DNA of 64,000 nt from an uncultured Chloroflexia bacterium (GCA_963726245.1 CAVSBT010000017.1:64001-128000); one strand, 5' to 3'. Positions 40,245 through 50,726 are shown, numbered from the stretch's first letter. The notes: generated by a model from the sequence alone, not told the origin. Made by a program: numbers and translations.

Positions 40245-42828
40245 AGGCGAGGAGAGGCGAGTCGGGCTTCACCCTGGTCGAGCTGCTGGTGGCCCTGGCC
40301 ATCGGCTCGGCTGTCATCGGCCTCCTCTCGACGGTTCTCTTCCAGTTCTTCAGCACCACCGGTCAGGGCCACGACAGGCTGGCGGTGCTGCACGACCATG
40401 ACATCGCCTTCGGGTGGCTCAATCGCGATGCGCAGATGGCGGTGCCCGAACTTGCGACGGTGGTCCCCTCCGGCGTCACCCTCTACTGGTCGGACGAGGT
40501 CGCCGGCACGACCTACCAGGCCTCGTACACGCAGTCGGGCTCGGACCTGGTGCGCGCCCTAATGGTGGACGGGACGCCGTCGAGCCAGACGGTGGCCCGC
40601 AACCTGGCCGCAGCCCCGGAAGGGTTCAGCGCCTCCAAGAGCGGCAACCTGGTTACAGTGAGCATCACGTCGGCGAAGGGGGCGGTCACTCAGGCCCGGA
40701 CGGAGTCCATCTATATGCGGCCCCTGGGGGTGACGACCACTCCCTTCCCAACGCAGCTTCCGACCGCCACGCCGACGCCCACTTCGACGCCTACGAGCAC
40801 GCCCACACCGACGGCCACCAGCACGCCTACGCCAAGACGAGTACGCCTACGCCGACCAACACGCCGACACCGACGCCCACCAACACGCGGACACCGACGC
40901 CCACCAACACGCCGACGGCGACGCCCACCAACACGCCGACGGCGACGCCTACCAACACGCCGACGGCGACGCCCACCAACACGCCGACGGCGACGCCTAC
41001 CAACACGCCGACGCCAGACGCCAACGCCGACCAACACGCCGACGCCACCACTATCACGCCGACGGCGACGCCTACCAACACGCCCACGCCGACGCCTGTC
41101 TGCGCTGCCATATCGCTCGTCCATAAGTACAGCGCCGTCGTGGGCGACGGAACCAACGGCTTCTCCAGCATCACCGCTACGTACACCACCGCGCCTACGG
41201 CAGGCAACCTGCTGATCGCCGTCTTCGGCGAGAGCGGCAGCAACAACATCAACACGCCGAGCGGCTGGCAGGTCGCCGTCGTCTATCAGAACACCTCGCC
41301 GGGCGGCGCGATCTTCTACAAGATAGCCTCCGGCTCCGAATCCACCGTCACCGTGACGACCACCGGTGGTAGTTCGACCTCCTACGGCATGGGATTGCAG
41401 CTCTATGAGTACAGCGGCATGGCCGCTACCTCGCCGCTCGATGCCGTCGCAACGCCCAGTTCGGGCAGCGGCACGTCTCTGACATCGGGGAGCCTCACGA
41501 CCACGCAGGCCTGCGACCTGCTTATGTCGGGGGCCGCTATCAACACCGCCGCCACCTTCACCTGGGGCAGCTCCTTCACCGAAGAGTTCGACTTCCACAA
41601 CGGCGGCACCAACGAACGTTCTTTCAGCGGTGCAGACCGCGCGGTTGCGTCTACCGGCAGCTACTCTTCCTCGGCGACCGCCAGCGCGTCCGCTGCCTGG
41701 AGCGCGCTGCTGGCCGCGTTCAAGATGGCTGCTCCGACGCCGACGCCTACCAACACGCCGACGCCGACGCCTACCAACACGCCGACGCCCACGGCCACGC
41801 CTACCAACACGCCGACGGCCACGTTCACGAATACGCCGACGGCGACGCCTACAAACACGCCAACGGCCACGTTCACGAATACGCCGACGCCGACGGCCAC
41901 GCCCACCAACACGCCAACGGCCACTCCCTCCGATACGCCGACGCCCACGCCAACAAGCACCGCGACTCCTTCGCCGATGTGGCTGACGACGGGCACCTAC
42001 ACGGGCAACGGCGTCGACGGCAGGCAGATTACCGGTGTCGGCTTCCAGCCGGATGTCGTCATCATTAAGGCCGCTACCAATCGCGCAGGCGTGATCCGCA
42101 CGAGCACGATGTCCGGTGACCAGGCCAAGGTCCTGGGTACCACCACGGCGCTTCAGCCCAACTACATCCAATCATTCATCGCCGATGGCTTTACGGTGGG
42201 CACGGCTGTCCAAGTCAACACGTCAGGTGTGACTTACTACTGGGTGGCGATGAAAGCCGGCAGCAACCTGCATCTCGGCACCTATGTCGGCAACGGCGCC
42301 GACAACCGGTCCATCGCCGGCGTCGGCTTCCAGCCGGTCTGGGTGATCACCCTGGGGGACGGCAACGACTCGGCCTTCCGGCCCGCCGCCTTGGCCGGCG
42401 ACAACTCGTATCTGATGACCGGCACCGGCACGATAACGAATCGTATTCAGGCCCTGCAGGCCGATGGCTTCCAGGTCGGCAGCAACGTGGACGTCAACCA
42501 GTCCGGCACGACCTTCCACTACATTGCCTGGGCGGCGAGCGCCCAGGTATCCCAACAGACCTACACAGGAAATGGCTTGGACAACCGGTCGATTGCCGGC
42601 GTCGGCTTCCAGCCGCAGGTTGTCTGGGTGAAGCGTGACGACGCGCAGGCGTCAGTGTGGCGTCCCGCGAGCGCCGCCGGCGACACAACCCTGTACTGGG
42701 CCGCGACGGCGGCCACGACGAACCGCATCCAGGCGCTCCAGGCGGACGGCTTCCAGGTGGGCACAAATGCCCAGGTCAACACTAATGGCAGCACCTACTA
42801 TTATCTGGCGCTCCGCGACGGCCGTTAA
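40241..42828 (+). CDS. giant minor pilin (PilW-like) fused via Thr-Pro linkers to two putative adhesin domains; frameshift near 40835
   Basis: GESG|[13 protein letters not shown] signal; the TPT repeat continues across the frame change into ORF 40414-42828. Confidence 0.8.
40760..41098 (+). repeat. 24-bp coding tandem repeat (TPTNTPTA), linker 1
   Basis: acgcccaccaacacgccgacggcg units. Confidence 0.9.
41733..41976 (+). repeat. coding TPTNTPT repeat, linker 2
   Basis: acgcctaccaacacgccg units. Confidence 0.9.
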
Positions 42829-42901
42829 TAACATGAGCGACCAGAACAGGAGCGGAACGTTTCCGGCCGGGCTTGCCGGCCGTGGTCGCAGGCATCGGGA
42901 T

Positions 42902-43622
42902 ATGAGGATGAATCTGGGGCTGGCCGGCGCGTCGCCTGGGCAGGCGCTTCCCTTGGCTCTGGTCGCCCTCGCTGTCGGCGTCCTGCTGGTCTCGCCCTTC
43001 CTCTCTGATGTGAGCGCGAATCTCCTCTCGAGCCGCCATACTGACGAGAAGATTGCGGATTACTACTCAGCCGACGCCGGCATCGAGTGGGGGCTCTGGC
43101 GGCTCAAGAATGACCCCACTCTTTCGGCGAGCGCCTGCACAGACTGGACGCCGCTTGAGCCGACTCCATCCTCCATCAACGGCGGTAGCTTCCCGACGAC
43201 GGAGATCTGCTCGGTCTCCGACGCCGTCGCCGCAGAGACGGTCACGCCTGACTGGCAGGGTGGAGGCGGCCCCCACTGCTACCCATTCACGTCCACCGCT
43301 GCCGGCTCCATCTTCGTGGTAGTCACGTCCGCTGCTGCTGACGTGTCGGTTGCCCTGCTCTCTGGCACCGACAATTGCGAAAAGCCCGTCGGGTTGGAGC
43401 CCCTCAGCGGCGAATCCCCCTACACGGTGGAGTTCCGGGACCAGCCGGGGGGCGCGCAGCAGGTGCTGGTAGAGACGGCGCTACCGGTTACGGGGACGCT
43501 GATGATCAACTACCCGGTCGCCAGCTATGACCTGCAGTCCAGCCAGGAATGGGCGCACCATCACCGTCAGGGCGACCGCCAGTCCCAACGCCGTGAGGGT
43601 CATCTCGTGGCAGCTCGAGTAA
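42902..43622 (+). CDS. PilX/GspK-like minor pilin (frameshift near the 3' end; start uncertain)
   Basis: G|QALPLALVALAVGVLLV lacking Glu5; 'YYSADAGIEWG' PilX-type motif. Confidence 0.7.
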
Positions 43623-43626
43623 GCGT

Positions 43627-44319
43627 ATGAATGCCAACTTGTCGGTCAGCTTGTCGCCCAAGCTGAAGAGGATCGCTGCCCGCGCGAAGCTAACACCGCT
43701 GGCGGTGCTCATCGCCCTCATCGCGCTGGTGGCGGTCGCTTACATCGGCGTGGGCGTCTCCTTCGTCCGGCAGCGGTCGGACAAAGAAGTCCTGTCGTCG
43801 CAGGTCGGCATGGCCGAGGGAGTGCTGGTGGCCGCGGCAAGTTCGCGGCAACAATTGGATGATCTTCAAAGCCGCCTCCAAACCGCCCAGCAGCAGCTGG
43901 CCTTCGCCCAAGGCGCCTTCCCTAGCCAACTCGACAGCAGCGTCATCGTGGAGACGGTCCTGGCTCACGCGACCGCCAGCCAGGCGCGAGTGCTCCGCGC
44001 GACTACGAAGCCGCCCGTCGTTCAGATGCAGGGGGAAGGCACGTACACCGTCCTCAGCGCCACCTTCGACATCGAGGGCGGCTTGGGACAACTGATCGCT
44101 TTTCTTGCGCGCCTCGAGGGCGAGAGCTCGGCCACCTTCGGCATAAAGAGCCTCGCCGTAAAGGAGACGGCCGGAGTGTACACACTGAACATCGAAGTGC
44201 TGGCCTACGCGCGGCAACCAACGGAGCAAGCGCCGGCATCCGGAGGCTCGAAGAACCCCGCCAGCGCAACGCCCTCGACAGCGGGCGGTGCCAAAGCCGC
44301 CCCAGGAAAAGGGGGCTAG
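43627..44319 (+). CDS. PilO-like alignment protein
   Basis: Single TM, coiled coil, 'GGLGQLIAFLARLE' ferredoxin-like segment; locus context. Confidence 0.7.
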   Translation: MNANLSVSLSPKLKRIAARAKLTPLAVLIALIALVAVAYIGVGVSFVRQRSDKEVLSSQVGMAEGVLVAAASSRQQLDDLQSRLQTAQQQLAFAQGAFPSQLDSSVIVETVLAHATASQARVLRATTKPPVVQMQGEGTYTVLSATFDIEGGLGQLIAFLARLEGESSATFGIKSLAVKETAGVYTLNIEVLAYARQPTEQAPASGGSKNPASATPSTAGGAKAAPGKGG

Positions 44320-44321
44320 CG

Positions 44322-45233
44322 ATGAAGGCGCTCAGACTTGGCTTCGCCCCGATGCCGCTTTTCTCCCGGCCTGTTGCCACGCTGGCCATCGAGGGCGGCA
44401 GCGTGCGGCTTCTCGTAACCAAGGGAGGGCGCGTCACGGACTGGGGCATCGAGTCACTTGAGCCCGACCTAGTGGCCGATGGCGTGGTCGCCGACCCGCA
44501 GGCGGTTGCGGCGCACGTCAGGTCTCTGCTGGAGTCACTGCATGTCGGCAACGGCAAGCTCATCGCCGGCCTGACGGGTCAGCGGTCCTTGTACCGCATC
44601 CTCAAGTTCCCGCAGATGAGCCAGCAGCTCTTGCGGGAGGCGATCCCGCGGGAGATGAAGCGCGAGATGCCGGTGTCGCTCGACGAGATGCACGTCTCGT
44701 GGCAGGTCATCGGTCCTGAGAACGGCCATCTTCGCGTCTTCGCGCTTGGCGTCTTGCGAGACATCCTCGCTTCGCAACTGGAAACGATCAAGCTCGCGGG
44801 CAGGAAGCCGCACTCCATGGACATCAAGCCGCTCGCTCTGGTGAGAGCGGTAGGCAGGCCCAATGCCCTGATCGCAGACCTCGAACCGGAGAGCATCGAC
44901 GTCATCGTGGTCCGCGACGCCATCCCGGACACCATTCGCACGGTGAGCCTGAGATACGAGTTCAGTGAAGTCGAATACAAGGTCCGCCGCCTGGGAGAAG
45001 AGCTGACGCGCACTGTGAAGTTCTACAGCGACACCCATCGGGAGGACCCGCTTCCGCCGGCAACGCCCGTCTGCCTGACGGGCTCGCTGGCGCGGGAGGT
45101 GGCTTCGTCGGGCGTCGTTCAGGCATCAGTTGATTACCCCGTCGAGCCGTTGTCGCCGCCGCTGGAGTGCCCCCCCGACCTGCCCATGGCGACGTTCATG
45201 GTGAACATTGGACTGGCGTTGAAGGAGGCCTGA
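44322..45233 (+). CDS. pilM: PilM-like actin-fold pilus assembly protein
   Basis: 'DGVVADPQAVA', 'MPVSLDEMHVSWQ', 'DIKPLALVRA', 'EELTRTVKFY', 'NIGLALK'. Confidence 0.82.
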   Translation: MKALRLGFAPMPLFSRPVATLAIEGGSVRLLVTKGGRVTDWGIESLEPDLVADGVVADPQAVAAHVRSLLESLHVGNGKLIAGLTGQRSLYRILKFPQMSQQLLREAIPREMKREMPVSLDEMHVSWQVIGPENGHLRVFALGVLRDILASQLETIKLAGRKPHSMDIKPLALVRAVGRPNALIADLEPESIDVIVVRDAIPDTIRTVSLRYEFSEVEYKVRRLGEELTRTVKFYSDTHREDPLPPATPVCLTGSLAREVASSGVVQASVDYPVEPLSPPLECPPDLPMATFMVNIGLALKEA

Positions 45234-45823
45234 TGGCTATGCAGCAGAGTGCAACGCTACGGCCGCCCGCATTCATCGATCTGAATGTCCTGCCGGAGGA
45301 GCTGCGTCCGCCGCGGTATCCGGCCTGGTACGTCCCGGGCCTCGTCGCCGTCGCGCTCCTGGGCCTGCTCCTGGTCCCGTTGAGCGGAGTCGAACGGGCC
45401 AACAGCGCGGAGCCGACACGGCTGACCGCGGAGCTGGAGCTCATCAGCAAAGAACTGACGCAGATTGAGATGGATTACGGCAAGGGAAGGGACATACGGA
45501 ATCAACTTGGAGTTGCCGAGGAAGCCATTGCCCGCCTGGCTGAAGAGCGGCAGGCGATACTCGGCGGCAGTCAGCAGCTCTCAACAGACCTCTACTCCGC
45601 CCTGCAGGTCTTGCCTCCGGGCACCCATCTCGTGTCAATGACCGCTGCCGAGGGCAAGATCACGCTCAGCGGGCAGGCCGCCGGACAGGCGGACGTGCTT
45701 GCCTACTATCGAGCTCTCGCCGACAGCGGGAAGTTCTCCCAATCTCGCATCACCTCCATGGACGTCGCGGTCGGTCCGCCTGGAGCCGGCGCGGTGGCCT
45801 TCGCCATCGAGGTGACGCAGTAG
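45233..45823 (+). CDS. pilN: PilN-like protein
   Basis: N-terminal 'IDLNVLP' (INLLP-like PilM-binding motif), TM, 'ITLSGQA'. Confidence 0.8.
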   Translation: MAMQQSATLRPPAFIDLNVLPEELRPPRYPAWYVPGLVAVALLGLLLVPLSGVERANSAEPTRLTAELELISKELTQIEMDYGKGRDIRNQLGVAEEAIARLAEERQAILGGSQQLSTDLYSALQVLPPGTHLVSMTAAEGKITLSGQAAGQADVLAYYRALADSGKFSQSRITSMDVAVGPPGAGAVAFAIEVTQ

Positions 45824-45834
45824 GGATCGACTCC

Positions 45835-46581
45835 ATGGCTGTGTTTGCGGTTCTCTTGGGCCTGGCCATCGGGAGCTTCCTCAACGTCTGCATTGACCGG
45901 CTCCCCGAGGGCCGCTCGCTCATCCGGCCTCGCTCGCACTGCCCCGCCTGCCGGACGCGGCTCGCCGAGCACGACCTCGTGCCGGTGGTGAGCTACCTGT
46001 TCCTGCGGGGAAGGTGCCGCTACTGCTCTGCGCTCATCCCGCTGCGTGTCCCGCTGGTCGAGGCTGGGTCCGGGCTGCTGTTCTTGCTGCTGTGGGCTCG
46101 CTTCGGCGTGTCGCCCCACTTCGTCTTCGTCGCCGCCGTGGCGTGCGTCTTCATCGTCGCCCTGGTCATCGATCTTGAGCGCCGTCTGATCCCCAACCGG
46201 CTGGTCTACCCCGCCATCGCCGCCGCGCTCCTGGCGATTCCCTTCGCGGCGGGGCCCGGCCCACCTCAGGCCCTCTGGGGCGGAGCCGTAGGCCTCGCGC
46301 TGCTGTTGCTGATCGTCCTCGTCTATCCGGGAGGGATGGGGCTGGGAGACGTCAAGCTGGCCGCCCTCATCGGCCTGGTGGTCGGCTTCCCTTTGGTCCT
46401 GCTGGCCCTCTTTCTCTCATTTGTTCTCGGCGGGGCCGTCGGCGCGGCCGCTCTGCTGGCGAGACGGGCAGGAATGAAAGATGCACTCCCGTTTGCGCCG
46501 TTTCTGGCCGCGGGCGCTATGGTAGCTCTGCTCTATGGAGAGGAGATCCTGCGATGGTATCCAGGGATAGCAGTGCACTGA
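45835..46581 (+). CDS. pilD: prepilin peptidase
   Basis: 'GSFLNVCIDRLP', 'RSHCPAC', 'GRCRYC', 'GMGLGDVKL', 'PFAPFL'. Confidence 0.95.
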   Translation: MAVFAVLLGLAIGSFLNVCIDRLPEGRSLIRPRSHCPACRTRLAEHDLVPVVSYLFLRGRCRYCSALIPLRVPLVEAGSGLLFLLLWARFGVSPHFVFVAAVACVFIVALVIDLERRLIPNRLVYPAIAAALLAIPFAAGPGPPQALWGGAVGLALLLLIVLVYPGGMGLGDVKLAALIGLVVGFPLVLLALFLSFVLGGAVGAAALLARRAGMKDALPFAPFLAAGAMVALLYGEEILRWYPGIAVH

Positions 46582-47690
46582 ACGTGGACGGCCTGCTGCG
46601 CCGTATGGTGGAGGCGCGCGCCTCGGACCTGCACATGAAGGCGGGCTTTCCGCCCGTCCTGCGCATCCACGGTGAGCTCAAGCCCCAGGACCTGCCGGTG
46701 CTGACGGCGGAAGACATGAGGGAAGCCTTGAGCCAGATAACGACGGCGGAGCAGCAGGCGGCCTTCGACCAGGCGAAGGAGCTCGACTTCTCCCACAGCG
46801 CCGAGGGGATGGGCCGCTTTCGGGCGAACGCTGCGCTGCAGCGCGGCACGATCACACTCGCCCTTCGACTGATCTCCTCCGTCGTGCCGACGCTCGAGGA
46901 GCTTGGCATGCCCGAGATCTGCCGGTCGCTGGTGCTGAAGCCGAGAGGTCTAACGCTGGTGACGGGACCCACCGGCAGCGGCAAGTCGACGACGCTGGCC
47001 GCCATGATCGGCTACCTCAACGAGCGTGAGCAGCGTCACGTCGTGACCATCGAAGACCCAATCGAGTTCGTCCATGAGGACAAGCAATGCCTGATTTCGC
47101 AGCGGGAGCTGGGGGCGGACACCATGTCCTTCGCCGCTGCCCTGAAGCACGTGCTGCGCCAGGACCCCGACGTCATCCTCGTGGGCGAGATGAGGGACCT
47201 GGAGACGATAGCCCTGGCCCTGACCGCCGCCGAGACGGGCCACCTGGTGCTGGCCACACTGCATACCCCCAGCGCGGCCCAGACCATCGACCGCATCATC
47301 GACTCCTTCCCGCCGCACCAGCAGCAGCAGGTGAAGGTTCAGCTTTCGCTGGTCCTGGAGGCGGTGCTCTGCCAGACCTTGGTGCCACGGGCCGACAGAT
47401 CGGGCCGGGTCGCGGCTGTCGAGGTGATGGTGGCGACGGCGGCTGTCAGGAACCTCATTCGAGAGGGCAAGACCTTCCAGCTTCCGAACGTCATCCAGAC
47501 CGGCTCTCAGTACGATATGCAGAGCCTGGACCAGGCCCTGGCAAGCCTCTGCCAGAGAGGCGTCATCACCCGGGACGACGCCATAGCCCGATGCGCCAAC
47601 GCCGATGAGCTGCGAGAGGCTGCTGACCGGGCCGACGTCGCAGCTTCGCGCGGTCTCGTGAGGGCCGAGGCGTGGCTCCGTCCCGCCTAA
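46554..47690 (+). CDS. pilT: pilus retraction ATPase (true start probably near 46580)
   Basis: 'ASDLH', GPTGSGKSTT, 'TAAETGHLVLATLHT', 'AVRNLIRE' motif. Confidence 0.95.
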   Translation: MVSRDSSALNVDGLLRRMVEARASDLHMKAGFPPVLRIHGELKPQDLPVLTAEDMREALSQITTAEQQAAFDQAKELDFSHSAEGMGRFRANAALQRGTITLALRLISSVVPTLEELGMPEICRSLVLKPRGLTLVTGPTGSGKSTTLAAMIGYLNEREQRHVVTIEDPIEFVHEDKQCLISQRELGADTMSFAAALKHVLRQDPDVILVGEMRDLETIALALTAAETGHLVLATLHTPSAAQTIDRIIDSFPPHQQQQVKVQLSLVLEAVLCQTLVPRADRSGRVAAVEVMVATAAVRNLIREGKTFQLPNVIQTGSQYDMQSLDQALASLCQRGVITRDDAIARCANADELREAADRADVAASRGLVRAEAWLRPA

Positions 47691-47813
47691 TCGATGTGGT
47701 GCTGCTCGTAGAGTAGCCTGCGTTCCCCTCAATCCGTCCCTGGTGCGTGCCGCGCATCCTTAGGTCGCGGCCATAGTGTACTATCAGGATAGCCTGGCCT
47801 CCGTGGAGTTCCC

Positions 47814-48596
47814 ATGCCGCATTGGGCAGAGGTAGCCGCCCTTGGTCTCACCATAGGCGTCTTTTCGGGCCTGTTTGGGGTGGGCGGCAGCAGCATTAGC
47901 ACGCCTCTCCTGCGCATCGTCTTCGGCACGCCCAGCCTCATCGCGCTGGCGTCACCCTTGCCCGTAACTCTTCCCACGGCTCTGGCCGGGAGCGCCGTCT
48001 ACCAGAGCCAAAGGCTGATCAATGTCCGGGTCGTGGCCTGGACTGCGGCGGGCGGTGTCCCTTCGATAGTGGCCGGCGCGCTGCTAACGCGGTGGGTCCC
48101 GGCCCGGGGCCTCATGGTCATGGTTGGGGCGGCGATGCTGGCGATCGGGTTGGAGATGTTGCGCTCTTCCGTCTCTCCGAGCAGGCCGGGCCCTCCAGGG
48201 ACCGGCGATCGTCTCTGGCGAGACCCACCTTGGACCATGCTGCTCGCTATCGCGGTTCCCATCGGCTTCCTGTCGGGGCTGCTCGCTAACGGAGGCGGCT
48301 TTCTCTTTGTACCGGCCTTCGTTCTGCTGTTCGGCGCCGACGTGCGGGAGGCCGCGGCGACCTCGTTGCCGTGCGTCGCGCTTCTGGCCCTGCCCGGCAC
48401 GGTGACGCATGCCCTGCTCGGGCACGTTGATGGGTGGCTTGCCTTCCAGTTGAGCTTGGGCGTCATACCGGGAACCTATCTGGGAGCGCGTCTTTCCCTC
48501 TCGCTGCGGCAGGTGCCCCTGCGACGGCCGTTTGGCGTCTTCATGGTGGCGTTCGGCGTCTACTACTCCCTGCGCGAACTCCTCAAGATGTTCTGA
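47814..48596 (+). CDS. sulfite exporter TauE/SafE family permease
   Basis: Two 'G..SGL(F/L)G.GG' repeats; 'AAATSL'; multiple TM segments. Confidence 0.85.
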   Translation: MPHWAEVAALGLTIGVFSGLFGVGGSSISTPLLRIVFGTPSLIALASPLPVTLPTALAGSAVYQSQRLINVRVVAWTAAGGVPSIVAGALLTRWVPARGLMVMVGAAMLAIGLEMLRSSVSPSRPGPPGTGDRLWRDPPWTMLLAIAVPIGFLSGLLANGGGFLFVPAFVLLFGADVREAAATSLPCVALLALPGTVTHALLGHVDGWLAFQLSLGVIPGTYLGARLSLSLRQVPLRRPFGVFMVAFGVYYSLRELLKMF

Positions 48597-48672
48597 CAAG
48601 ACTCCGAAAGCAGCCTCACATCCATCCTCAAGGGCCCCGCCGCCTGGTACCATGGAAGAGGAGGGATGTTTC

Positions 48673-49782
48673 GTGCAAGCTATTGCGCTGGTCCCAGGCA
48701 CGACTACCTTGCGCCTCGTTGATCGACCGGAGCCCCGCATCACCGGAGCGGACGAAGTCAAGGTTCAGACCGTTCAAGTCGGGATCTGCGGCACCGATCG
48801 TGAGGAGGCCTCTGGGGGGCGCGCGGAGGCGCCACCCGGCCGGAGCGAGCTGATCATCGGTCATGAGATGATTGGAAGGGTGGTCGAAGCCGGCTCAGCG
48901 GTCAGCTCGCCGCGCGCGGGAGACTACGTGGTGTTCACCGTGCGCCGCGGCTGCGGGCGCTGCCCGGCCTGCGCCATGGACCGGAGCGACATGTGTTACA
49001 GCGGCGGCTACACCGAACGAGGGATAAAAGGACACGATGGCTATCAGGCCGAGTACGTGGTGGACAGTGAGGGCTACGCGGTGAAGGTGCCCGCCGGCCT
49101 GGCATCGATCGGTGTGCTCACCGAGCCGATGTCGGTGGCGGAGAAGGCCGTGGACGAGGCGTTGCGCATCCAGGCCGCGCGACTGCCTGACGCCACTGAC
49201 CGAGCCGCCTGGCTGCAGGGCAAGCAGGTGCTGGTGGCCGGATTGGGGCCTATCGGGCTGCTGGCGGCGATCGCTTTGAGGCTGCGGGGCGCGAATGTGC
49301 TCGGGCTCGATGTGGTAGACGCCGGCACTACACGCCCCGCTCTGCTGGCGCGCATCGGCGGCGAGTACGTGGACGGACGCGAGACGAAGCCGGCCGCCTT
49401 GGGCGAGCATTTCGGCCAGATCGACGTGATCGTCGAGGCGACCGGCGTCGCACACGTCGAGTTCGACCTGCTTTCCGCGTTGGGCACAAACGGGGTCTAC
49501 GTGCTCACGGGCGTGCCCGGTGGCCAGCGGCCGATTGACATCGATGGCGCGGCCTTGATGGCCAGGCTGGTACTGCGTAACCAGGTCATGGTGGGCAGCG
49601 TCAATGCCAGCCACGAGCACTTCGAGACGGCCGTCAGTGATCTGGGGAGGGCCCGCGAGGCCTGGGGGGACGCCATCGACCAGTTGATCACCCACCGCGT
49701 GCCCTACGCGCAGTTCGCCGACGTCCTCTTGCAGCATCCGGAAGATGAGATCAAGGCCGTTGTCGAGTGGGCAAGCCTCTAG
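48673..49782 (+). CDS. Zn-dependent glucose 1-dehydrogenase (MDR family)
   Basis: 'VGICGTDRE', 'GHE', 'TVRRGCGRCPAC', 'ERGIKG', 'EPMSVAEKA', 'GSVNA'. Confidence 0.85.
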   Translation: MQAIALVPGTTTLRLVDRPEPRITGADEVKVQTVQVGICGTDREEASGGRAEAPPGRSELIIGHEMIGRVVEAGSAVSSPRAGDYVVFTVRRGCGRCPACAMDRSDMCYSGGYTERGIKGHDGYQAEYVVDSEGYAVKVPAGLASIGVLTEPMSVAEKAVDEALRIQAARLPDATDRAAWLQGKQVLVAGLGPIGLLAAIALRLRGANVLGLDVVDAGTTRPALLARIGGEYVDGRETKPAALGEHFGQIDVIVEATGVAHVEFDLLSALGTNGVYVLTGVPGGQRPIDIDGAALMARLVLRNQVMVGSVNASHEHFETAVSDLGRAREAWGDAIDQLITHRVPYAQFADVLLQHPEDEIKAVVEWASL

Positions 49783-49808
49783 TAGCAGATGCGAAGGGAG
49801 GTCCGGAC

Positions 49809-50726
49809 ATGAAGTTCGGAGTAATCGGCCTCGGGCGGATGGGCGCCAATCTGGCGCGTCACGCTGTTGAGAAGGGACACGAGGTCGTCGGATACGACCC
49901 CAACCAGGAGACTACCAAGAAGCTCGCGGGCGAAGGCATCCAGCCGGCGGCGTCGATAGCGGAGCTGGCGTCAAAGCTAGGCAAGCCCCGCATCGTCTTC
50001 CTCTACGTGCCGCACGGCGAAGCCACGGAGAGCGTTTGCCGGGCCCTGCGACCGGCGCTGTCCGCCGGTGACATCGTCGCCGATGGCGGCAACTCGCACT
50101 GGGCCGATTCCAAGAGGCGGCACGCGTTTTTCGCCGAAGCCGGTATCCGCTTTCTCGATGTCGGCACCAGCGGCGGCGTCAGCGGGGCCCGCCACGGAGC
50201 GTGCTTCATGGTTGGCGGAGATCGCGAGGCCTATCAGGCCGTCGAGCCTATCCTGAAGGACCTGGCTGTGGATGAGGAGGGCGCCTTCTTCGTCGGTCCG
50301 CCTGGGTCGGGGCATTTCGTCAAGTTGGTGCACAACGCCATCGAATTTGGGATGGTCCAGGCCATCGCCGAGGGCGTGGAGCTGCTCAAGCGCTCAGGAT
50401 ATGAGCTCGACCTCGTAGGCCTCTTCAACAACTGGATGCACGGCTCCGTGATCCGGAGCTGGCTGGTGGAGCTGATGGGCAAGGCGCTCGCCGAAAACCC
50501 GGACTTCGCGGGGCTTTCGACCTACGTGGAGGACACGGGAGAGGTGAAGTGGGTTCTGGATTGGGCGCTCGAGCAGGACGTCCCCATCCCGGTCGTTAGC
50601 GCCTCGCAGACGGCCCTCATGCAGTACCGCGACTTGGACTGGCCCAGCGCCAAGGCGGTTGCCCTCCTCCGCAACCAGTACGGAGGCCACCCGGTACGCC
50701 GTGCTTCTGCCGGCGATCGCCGGTGA
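49809..50726 (+). CDS. gnd: decarboxylating 6-phosphogluconate dehydrogenase (short type)
   Basis: 'IGLGRMGAN', 'DGGNS', 'DVGTSGG', 'GHFVKLVHNAIEFG', 'LRNQYGGH'. Confidence 0.92.
   Translation: MKFGVIGLGRMGANLARHAVEKGHEVVGYDPNQETTKKLAGEGIQPAASIAELASKLGKPRIVFLYVPHGEATESVCRALRPALSAGDIVADGGNSHWADSKRRHAFFAEAGIRFLDVGTSGGVSGARHGACFMVGGDREAYQAVEPILKDLAVDEEGAFFVGPPGSGHFVKLVHNAIEFGMVQAIAEGVELLKRSGYELDLVGLFNNWMHGSVIRSWLVELMGKALAENPDFAGLSTYVEDTGEVKWVLDWALEQDVPIPVVSASQTALMQYRDLDWPSAKAVALLRNQYGGHPVRRASAGDRR

Noticed and set aside
40760-41976. TPT tandem repeats as a CRISPR array or phase-variation tract
   Set aside because: There are no unique spacers and no cas genes. The units are multiples of 3 nt encoding Thr-Pro linkers, so slippage would change length rather than frame.
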